DNA of 64,000 bases from Bacillota bacterium. GTDB taxonomy: Bacteria; Bacillota; Clostridia; Lachnospirales; Lachnospiraceae. Below are positions 9,643-16,430 of this stretch, piece by piece. The notes below the pieces were generated by a model. It did not search any database. It was not told where the DNA came from and saw only the letters and a program-made list of their open reading frames with translations. Position 1 is the first letter of the stretch. Every line of letters starts with the position of its first letter. The stretch lies in the NCBI GenBank assembly GCA_023411555.1, contig JAEYOQ010000008.1, positions 27,550 through 91,549 of the forward strand, given 5' to 3'. A program made the translations under genes and the position numbers.

Positions 9643-10950
9643 TTACGGAAACAGTACTTCGTTCAGCTTATCAGGGGGTAAGGGTTTGCATAGCAGATAA
9701 CCTTGACCTCTCTCGCAGGATGTTTCTTTCAGATAATCTAGTTGATCCTGCGTCTCGATTCCTTCTGCTACCACTCTATAATTTAATTCATGAGCCATGG
9801 AGATAATATTATGTGTAATAATCGTCTCCTCATTCCCATGGGGTATTGACTGTATAAAACTCTTATCTATCTTAATGATATCAATTGGCAACTTCTTAAT
9901 GTGAGTTAATGAGGAGTAACCTGTACCAAAATCATCCAATGCAATCCTAATCCCATAGTCCCTGAGTCTGTTCAACCGCTCAATTGCCAAATCGACTTGA
10001 GTAATTATGATTGTCTCAGTAATCTCAAAAATAATCTTTGAGAAATCTACCTTATGTGAGGATATGATTTCTTCGATCCTCTGAAAGTTGCTCGCAGATT
10101 CTAAGGTTTTGCTGGATAGGTTAATGGAAAGCTCAAGGCTATCTAATCCATTCTCCTCCCATTGCATTTTCTGATTCAAGGCTTCATTAATTATCCACCT
10201 CTCCAGACTATAAATCTGTTTTGACTTTTCAGCAATTGGTATAAAGATATCCGGTGATATAAAACCCTTCTTAGGATGTGGCCAGCGCACCAAAGCTTCT
10301 ACTCCGATAATCTCATTGGTTATAAGATTATATTCTGGTTGATAGTAGAGAATAAACTCTTCCTTCTCGATACCATTCTGAAGCTTATTAATCATCTGAA
10401 CCTGTTCGATCATGTCCTTCTGGAGCTCGTCACTATATATATTTATGTCCTTTCCAGACTTTTTAGCAAGATAGCCCGCTGTCTCTGCTTTCCTTATCAG
10501 AGTATCGGCGTCATCTCCATGTTCTGGGAACATCGCAACACCTGCACTCAGCGTGATATAGAAAGCACTATCAGATATGCAAATATTGCACCCACTATCA
10601 ATGACTTCCTCTATCATATCATAAATCTGCTGCTTCGAGCTGATATCGGCACATAAAATCGCAAACTTATCACTATCTACCCTAGTCACATGATTTATGT
10701 TTTTAACCTTGGCAGCAAGATAATCCGCTACACACTTAATAATATTGTCGCACACCTTAAAACCATAGGTTTCATTTAGAAATGTAAAGTTGTTAATATC
10801 TAAATAAACCAGAGCAAATCCATCCGCTCTTGCAAATTGGTTACATGATCTTCGAACAATATAATCGGTTAAAACTCTCTTAAATAAATCGAATTTAGGT
10901 AAGCCTGTAAGTTCATCATAATATGCTGGCTGATAATTTGCTTTTCCCAT
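9643..10950 (-). CDS. c-di-GMP phosphodiesterase: degenerate GGDEF domain plus intact EAL domain, with no sensor domain
   Basis: The GGDEF site reads RVDSDKFA. EAL motifs are intact: EALVRW, FEITET, DDFGTGYSSL, IKIDKSF, EGIET, GQGY. Confidence 0.88.
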   Translation of the reverse strand: MGKANYQPAYYDELTGLPKFDLFKRVLTDYIVRRSCNQFARADGFALVYLDINNFTFLNETYGFKVCDNIIKCVADYLAAKVKNINHVTRVDSDKFAILCADISSKQQIYDMIEEVIDSGCNICISDSAFYITLSAGVAMFPEHGDDADTLIRKAETAGYLAKKSGKDINIYSDELQKDMIEQVQMINKLQNGIEKEEFILYYQPEYNLITNEIIGVEALVRWPHPKKGFISPDIFIPIAEKSKQIYSLERWIINEALNQKMQWEENGLDSLELSINLSSKTLESASNFQRIEEIISSHKVDFSKIIFEITETIIITQVDLAIERLNRLRDYGIRIALDDFGTGYSSLTHIKKLPIDIIKIDKSFIQSIPHGNEETIITHNIISMAHELNYRVVAEGIETQDQLDYLKETSCERGQGYLLCKPLPPDKLNEVLFP

Positions 10951-11040
10951 ACTCTTCTCTCTTGTTCCTCATCCTGCAAAGCTGACGATTATTATGATAT
11001 TAATAGTTGGTCAAATATATAATAATTTATGGGGAAGAAA

Positions 11041-11097
11041 AAAACCATGTCGTATTTGGAAAATTTGATTTAAATTTTCCAAATACGACATGGTTTT
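11041..11097. other. Perfect 26-bp-stem hairpin flanked by an A-run and a T-run (terminator-like), located in a divergent promoter region
   Basis: AAAACCATGTCGTATTTGGAAAATTT-gattt-AAATTTTCCAAATACGACATGGTTTT, followed by TTGCTTTTTTT. Neither flanking gene ends here. Confidence 0.5.
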
Positions 11098-11135
11098 TGC
11101 TTTTTTTAGAGCTTATACTTTAGGTAGATTAAAAA

Positions 11136-11162
11136 TTAAAAACACGTGTTACGTGTTTTTAA
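11136..11162. promoter_or_regulatory. Perfect 12-3-12 palindrome TTAAAAACACGT-gtt-ACGTGTTTTTAA, centred 62 bp upstream of the repeat-protein start codon; candidate operator for the adjacent HTH-TPR regulators
   Basis: Read directly from the sequence. It ends about 21 bp upstream of a possible -10 (CATAAT, 11184-11189), roughly where a -35 would lie. Confidence 0.4.
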
Positions 11163-11210
11163 TTCAAAAATACCACTTAAAACCATAATAAAAAATAGGA
11201 GGATTCAAAA

Positions 11211-11729
11211 ATGAAAAACAATAAAAGATTATTTACTCTCTCTGTATTACTGGTACTTGTGAGCTTAATGTTTATATTCGCTGAAACTCAATTAAAAGAA
11301 GACGTTGGACAAACCTTAGCTAGTGATGTTCCTGTTATCATTACTGCAGAAGACGGAGATGGCGATGCTTATGCTAGTGATATGCCCCATATTGTTACCG
11401 CTTCCACTGAGGATGATCTGACTCTTGCCAGTGATATGCCTCATATCGTTACTGCTTCCATCGAGGACGATCTGACTCTTGCAAGTGACATGCCCCATAT
11501 CGTTACCGCTTCCATCGAGGACGGGCTGACTCTTGCTAGTGATATGCCTCATATCGTTACTGCTTCCATCGAGGACGGACTGACTCTTGCTAGTGATATG
11601 CCTCATATTGTTACCGCTTCCATCGAGGACGGGCTGACTCTTGTTAGTGATATGCCTCATATTGTTACCGCTTCCATCGAGGACGGACTGATTCTTGCTA
11701 GTGATATGCCTCATATTGTTACCGCATAA
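11211..11729 (+). CDS. Secreted tandem-repeat protein: signal peptide plus 1 degenerate and 7 identical copies of the core SDMPHIVTA; candidate poly-pheromone precursor
   Basis: TAGGAGG SD about 8 nt upstream. Signal peptide MKNNKRLFTLSVLLVLVSLMFIFA|ETQ. The rest of the ORF is an 18-aa (54-bp) periodic repeat and ends directly after a core. Confidence 0.85.
   Translation: MKNNKRLFTLSVLLVLVSLMFIFAETQLKEDVGQTLASDVPVIITAEDGDGDAYASDMPHIVTASTEDDLTLASDMPHIVTASIEDDLTLASDMPHIVTASIEDGLTLASDMPHIVTASIEDGLTLASDMPHIVTASIEDGLTLVSDMPHIVTASIEDGLILASDMPHIVTA
11319..11726 (+). repeat. In-frame 54-bp tandem repeat, about 7.6 units (starts 11319, 11373, 11427, 11481, 11535, 11589, 11643, 11697)
   Basis: Manual alignment of the units. 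Differences inside the 27-nt core are all synonymous; amino-acid changes occur only in the spacer. Confidence 0.95.
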
Positions 11730-11731
11730 TA

Positions 11732-12670
11732 TCAAAATATTATTGCATTATCATAATACTTAACAACATGGTCCTCAATGAATTGCTTAACAAAAGAGAG
11801 ATGCATTGCTGAGGCTATATAGTATGCTTCCTTTAAATATTTTAGACATTCTTTCTTATATTCGATAGATAGTGCTCCCTTTTCAATTAACCTCTCTTTG
11901 TTCCATGCAATACCATACAAAAGATTAGGGAGTGCATTACCTATCTTACTTTTTTTACATATTTGAACACCTTCATTAGCTATATTTATTGCCTCTTCAT
12001 GATTACCGATTAGGCCATACCATTTTGATAGATTACAAGTTAAAATAATCTGTAACAGAACTCTTTGCTGCTCTTCAACATAACTCTGCCTTAAGGCATA
12101 GTAAACTTGCTTTACCACCTCTATCGCTTTAAGATATTCTTCTTTTTCAGCATATGCTATAGATATATTAATCAATAGTAATGCTTCGTTATAGCTTAAT
12201 GGCCAATTCGCTAATGATATTGAACCATACCTTGGAATCGTTAAACGTATAGCTTTTTCGTAATTTTCAAGACAATTATCAACACTAATTTTATTCAAGT
12301 AGAAATATACTATTGTCTCTCCCCTAATAATAAATTGCTTATCTAAGATTGAATTTCCAATATTCATTTTTATGTCATTCAACACTTCACTAGCTTTGTA
12401 AAATTCATATTGCCTAGCATAATCCTCAAACAGCTTCATTTTTTCAAGAACCTGCAAATCCGATACTGAAAGCAAGGAATACGCTCTATCTCTGATACGA
12501 CCCATTCGCTCCATCAGGAGCTCATAGACATCTCTACTCGGATTTTGACTACCATTTTCAATCCTTGACAATGTCTCGACAGAACAGATTTCATCACATA
12601 ACTGCTCCTGAGTAATAGACAGAGACTTCCTTGTCATGCGTACTATATCTCCTAGTCGATATCTGCCCAT
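11732..12670 (-). CDS. XRE-family HTH plus TPR-like helical-repeat transcriptional regulator (RRNPP/PlcR-Rgg-like architecture), paralogue 2
   Basis: 312 aa. HTH LSITQEQLCDEICSVETLSRIENG; helical C-terminal region of about 250 aa. GAGGAGGAG SD lies inside the upstream gene, with a 19-nt overlap. Confidence 0.85.
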   Translation of the reverse strand: MGRYRLGDIVRMTRKSLSITQEQLCDEICSVETLSRIENGSQNPSRDVYELLMERMGRIRDRAYSLLSVSDLQVLEKMKLFEDYARQYEFYKASEVLNDIKMNIGNSILDKQFIIRGETIVYFYLNKISVDNCLENYEKAIRLTIPRYGSISLANWPLSYNEALLLINISIAYAEKEEYLKAIEVVKQVYYALRQSYVEEQQRVLLQIILTCNLSKWYGLIGNHEEAINIANEGVQICKKSKIGNALPNLLYGIAWNKERLIEKGALSIEYKKECLKYLKEAYYIASAMHLSFVKQFIEDHVVKYYDNAIIF

Positions 12671-13605
12671 TGATACTCCTCCTCAAGATGCTTCTTAATT
12701 AATTCAGCTTCTGTGTTTTCCTCTAAAAAAAAGTAAACATGATATGCCTGTAGATAGTATTTTAAGCACTCCTTCTTTACTGAATCCCACCTTCCCTGAT
12801 GCTTGAATAATTCTTCTGTCGTATTTGCTTTAACATAATATAGATCGCCCAGATACTCCATCCTTCGGCTTCCCTTAGTTTTCTCTAAGGCTTTATCGCA
12901 CAACGCAAGTGCTTTTGCTATATGGCCCTCTGCAATATAGAGCTTACATGCCATTACTGCAACCTTTGAATAAGTTTGATTGGTATCCTCGGAGAATTCC
13001 TGAAGCCCCAGATACTCAAGAACTTGGTCCAGAATCCCCTTAGCCCGGTCAATTATCCCTGCAATAATCATACGTTGTGTGATTTCAATAATGATACCAA
13101 GCTCGCTGCTACTTAGATAATAATCCATAATCCTATATGTCTTAAAGTCCGGTACGGTATAGGTTATTGCCTCCATCAGCAGGTTGATCGTCTCCTCAAC
13201 AGCACCACCCTGTACTTCATTTAGTAGGGCTCTGCAATAAACTATGAACTGCATATGTACATTTCCCTTGGAAGCAGTCATCTGTTCATAATTTTTTAGG
13301 AGTTCATAAGCCATCGTATAGTTCTTATCTTGGATTAATTTATTAATGTCTATTCTATATTGATATATCATATAATCAAAGTCAGTTAGAATCAATTCAA
13401 ATTGGTTTGGCATTCTTCCTAGACGTTCTAATAATGTCTCTAATAACAAAGAATCTACATCTCTCTCCCCTGCTTCGATACGTGATAAGGTAGCTACCGA
13501 ACACAAACCTTTGCACAATTTACCTTGTGTGATTCCATAGGATTCTCGAAAATATTGAATGGCTGCTCCGATCTTATTTTTTGCCAAATCATTATTTTTA
13601 CCCAT
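12652..13605 (-). CDS. XRE-family HTH plus TPR-like helical-repeat transcriptional regulator (RRNPP/PlcR-Rgg-like architecture), paralogue 1
   Basis: 317 aa. HTH YGITQGKLCKGLCSVATLSRIEAG. Shares the C-terminal KKECLKY motif with paralogue 2. Confidence 0.85.
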   Translation of the reverse strand: MGKNNDLAKNKIGAAIQYFRESYGITQGKLCKGLCSVATLSRIEAGERDVDSLLLETLLERLGRMPNQFELILTDFDYMIYQYRIDINKLIQDKNYTMAYELLKNYEQMTASKGNVHMQFIVYCRALLNEVQGGAVEETINLLMEAITYTVPDFKTYRIMDYYLSSSELGIIIEITQRMIIAGIIDRAKGILDQVLEYLGLQEFSEDTNQTYSKVAVMACKLYIAEGHIAKALALCDKALEKTKGSRRMEYLGDLYYVKANTTEELFKHQGRWDSVKKECLKYYLQAYHVYFFLEENTEAELIKKHLEEEYQWADID

Positions 13606-13679
13606 TTTACCATTTTCCCACCTATTTTATTATTTTTTAAGTAGTTTAATCGACAAAAACATTAATGCTTCTCAAATAC

Positions 13680-13708
13680 AGATTACCATATCATTTTTTC
13701 CAGTTCAA
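13680..13708 (-). promoter_or_regulatory. Candidate sigma-A promoter of the regulator pair (TTGAAC-N17-TAATCT with a TG extended -10)
   Basis: Minus strand reads TTGAAC tggaaaaaatgatatgg TAATCT, about 70 nt upstream of start codon 13605. Confidence 0.4.
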
Positions 13709-14027
13709 TTATTATTAGTTTAAAAAATGAGAATATCTGTACTTCATAGCTGCAATCTACTAATTTCAATCTATATCTCATGTATCGTGGTGTTGATCAA
13801 CCACACTTGCGTAAACATGAAGCAAGTTGAATCACTTACCAAGTTTTATCCTATCATACTTCCAATCTTATACACTGGTTGAATCACCTTATACAGAATC
13901 TCTCTGCAAATAAATATAGAGTGATCCAAACGCATTCATGCGTTTGTCCGCAGAAGTGAGTCATCCCAAAATGAACTTCGTTCACTTGCCCAGAGGGCTT
14001 TTATTTCATAGGACGAACTTATCTATG

Positions 14028-14067
14028 AAATAAAATATGCTCCTCACGAATTATCATGGGGAGCATA
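14028..14067 (-). terminator. Intrinsic terminator after the P-loop ATPase gene
   Basis: Minus strand reads UAUGCUCC-C-CAUGA-uaau-UCGUG-A-GGAGCAUA followed by UUUUAUUU. Confidence 0.6.
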
Positions 14068-14119
14068 GTAATTATTAGCGTTTATTATATATTACTTTTC
14101 TGTACCATCTATGTATGAT

Positions 14120-15214
14120 CTACCTAACAGCCTTAACAAGGAAACGGTTTCCACCGCATAATACTAACTTCTGCCCCTTCGGAGCCTTAGTCAGCCAGTT
14201 AATATCCTCTGGACTTAGGCTAAAGAGAGGCTTTAGAAGCTCGACCTTATCCATAGGATGACCGAAGATCTCAAAGTAACCGGAGATATTCCGAAAGCTC
14301 AAACGCTTCGTAAGGAAGGTCGCTGTATCTTCAATTGCTGCAGTAATCACGAAGCCCTGGGATTTTGATACCTTATACATCATGGCCATATATTTGTCAT
14401 AGCGCAGGAAAAGGGGGTCCGCATCATCAATCAGAAGTCTTGCACCGGTAATTGGAGCCTTTCCGTTGAGTCTCGTCCATACATCCTCTATCGCCATCAG
14501 ACTGTACTTATCTGTATCTTCTTTGGCTACATTAGAAACATCATAGATTACTAATCGATGACTGCCAATATTAATCTGTTCTTCTCCTTCGGCAATCTGA
14601 TTTAGTTCTGTGATCGCAGCCGCTAACTCTTTTAATTCATCTAGGAAGGTATCCTTAAGTAATATGTTATCCGTTGTAACCGGTTCAAGATTTAACTCAG
14701 CGGCTACTGCTGCCAGACCACTCTTAATATCCTCCAGCTTCCTTGCAATCTTCTTGCTTTCATAAGCATCTATCATACTATTAAAGGCTAGAGCAAACTT
14801 GTTCCAATCCAGATCTCCGCAATCCAGACACTGCTTCAACATAACCTGTTCTATCATGTATTTCTGAAGATTAGTCAGTTTCGGAAGCTTAGTTCCCACC
14901 AAAAGCCTTGCCAAGCCAAATTTGATTTTACTTAAGAACACGATATCCTGCTCACTTATCTCACAAGCATCCTGAATAATCAGGGGATTTAAAGGTTCCT
15001 GCCTCAGATCAATTACTAAACCGTCATACTTTTCGATGAGCTCATTAAACTCACCTTTCTTACTGATGACAAAGACTGTTCCATCCGTATTCTCAAGCAC
15101 ATGTTCTATTTCATTTTTTAATGCACTGGTTTTTCCAGTACCGGCAGGCCCAAAGTAGAATCCGCTGCCCCCATTAATCATATCTCTTCGCTGTTGATAA
15201 ATCTGAACTGCCAT
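14120..15214 (-). CDS. Orphan P-loop NTPase resembling the C-terminal ATPase module of VirB4/TrsE-type conjugation ATPases (AAA-like/DUF87-type)
   Basis: Walker A GPAGTGKTS. Putative Walker B RLLIDDAD. C-terminal ...LSPEDINWLTKAPKGQKLVLCGGNRFLVKAV recalls VirB4 C-termini. AAGGAGGGG SD present. Confidence 0.7.
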   Translation of the reverse strand: MAVQIYQQRRDMINGGSGFYFGPAGTGKTSALKNEIEHVLENTDGTVFVISKKGEFNELIEKYDGLVIDLRQEPLNPLIIQDACEISEQDIVFLSKIKFGLARLLVGTKLPKLTNLQKYMIEQVMLKQCLDCGDLDWNKFALAFNSMIDAYESKKIARKLEDIKSGLAAVAAELNLEPVTTDNILLKDTFLDELKELAAAITELNQIAEGEEQINIGSHRLVIYDVSNVAKEDTDKYSLMAIEDVWTRLNGKAPITGARLLIDDADPLFLRYDKYMAMMYKVSKSQGFVITAAIEDTATFLTKRLSFRNISGYFEIFGHPMDKVELLKPLFSLSPEDINWLTKAPKGQKLVLCGGNRFLVKAVR

Positions 15215-15527
15215 ATCTGCCCCTCCTTAATTATTATCTTCCTTTCCTAATTTCACATCTACTTTACCTCTAAATATATCTGCCCCATCTACTATTTTAC
15301 AAATATAAGTATGCCAGATTTTTCCCGAATTGTATAGTACTGGTTATTAAGAAAAAGCGTCTCCAAGCGGAAACCTTTATCGAAATCTAGTTAGCTGGGA
15401 ACAGAAGCTCAGTCCAATCATTTTCATAAATATTTTCCAATCATATATTTTCTTTTCACCAGAAATTATGTATACTAGTTAAGTACAAGCAACATCACTT
15501 ACATATGTATTGAAAGGACCAGAAAAA

Positions 15528-16343
15528 ATGAAGAACGAATTACTAACGATCGGACCTGTAACGCTCTACGGTTATGGTCTGATGATTGCCATCGGAGCCC
15601 TCTCCGCTTATATTACCTCTGAATATCGCGCCAAGAAGAGAGGAATGCAATATGAGTTGATATTTAACCTTTTTATCTGGGCTCTCCTTGGAGGAATCCT
15701 TGGGGCAAAGCTTCTGTACTATATTACTCAGATAAAAGAAATCATAGCTAATCCTTCCTTATTGCTGGATATCAGTAATGGCTTTGTTGTATATGGTGGA
15801 ATCATCGGAGGAATTTTCTCCGGATTTCTGTTTACCAGAAAACACAAGCTGAATTTCTTAGAATATTTTGATCTTGTTATGCCCTCCATCGCTCTGGCAC
15901 AAGGCTTTGGAAGAATCGGCTGTGTACTTGCGGGCTGCTGTTACGGCCATGAGACTGAAAGTGCCTTCCACATCATGTTTCACGAATCGAAGCTTGCACC
16001 GAATGATATACCCTTAATTCCTACCCAGCCAATCTCCAGTGCCCTGAACTTCCTGAACTTTTTCGCACTGATCTTAATAGCTAAGAAAACCAAGGCCAAA
16101 GGTCAGGTAGCAGGTTTCTATCTAACCTTTTATAGTGCCGGTCGTTTCATAATTGAGTTTTTCCGTGGAGATCTAGAGCGTGGTACCATCGGAGCTTTAT
16201 CGACCTCACAGTTTATCTCCATCTTCCTCTTCATTGCAGGTCTTGCAATTGTGATCATCAGTGGAGTACGTTCCAAAGGAACTGTCGAGACCACAGAGGC
16301 AGTGGCAGAAGAAGTTGAAAGCGATAGTGATTCAAACGAATAG
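15528..16343 (+). CDS. lgt: Prolipoprotein diacylglyceryl transferase
   Basis: YGYGLMIAIGALSAY..., GGIIGG..., GRIGCVLAGCCYG..., PTQPISS. The track start 15510 is TTG; ATG 15528 has AAAGGA SD spacing. Confidence 0.92.
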   Translation: MKNELLTIGPVTLYGYGLMIAIGALSAYITSEYRAKKRGMQYELIFNLFIWALLGGILGAKLLYYITQIKEIIANPSLLLDISNGFVVYGGIIGGIFSGFLFTRKHKLNFLEYFDLVMPSIALAQGFGRIGCVLAGCCYGHETESAFHIMFHESKLAPNDIPLIPTQPISSALNFLNFFALILIAKKTKAKGQVAGFYLTFYSAGRFIIEFFRGDLERGTIGALSTSQFISIFLFIAGLAIVIISGVRSKGTVETTEAVAEEVESDSDSNE

Positions 16344-16354
16344 AAGAAAGAAAC

Positions 16355-16428
16355 AAGGCTGTCATATAGCGGACTGATCTAACCCTTCTCGAATAGATGC
16401 GTCCCTGTATGGCAGCCTTTCTTATCTT
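16355..16428 (+). terminator. Long-loop hairpin terminator after lgt
   Basis: AAGGCTGTCATA ... TATGGCAGCCTT forms a 12-bp stem (one G-U, on the plus strand only) with nested small stems, followed by TTCTTATCTT. Confidence 0.45.
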
Positions 16429-16430
16429 AA

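Noticed and set aside
10994-11068. 24-codon ORF running into the orphan hairpin, which could have explained a terminator there
   Set aside because: There is no SD upstream of its ATG, and its 3' half is simply the hairpin arm. Coding is unlikely.
11319-11726. The regular 54-bp repeats might be a CRISPR array
   Set aside because: The whole 54-bp unit repeats with no unique spacers. The period is a multiple of 3 inside an ORF with a signal peptide, and there are no cas genes or leader.
11316-11735. 139-aa minus-strand ORF covering the tandem repeat
   Set aside because: It is a mirror-image artefact. A periodic in-frame repeat also stays open on the opposite strand. It has no SD and no signal peptide, whereas the plus-strand ORF has an SD, a signal peptide and a synonymous-only variation pattern.
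13727-13882. 51-aa plus-strand ORF in the regulator-ATPase intergenic region; possible second pheromone gene
   Set aside because: There is no SD (AT-only upstream sequence). It is oriented against the flanking transcription and overlaps the TTGAATCAC motifs. No export signal is evident.
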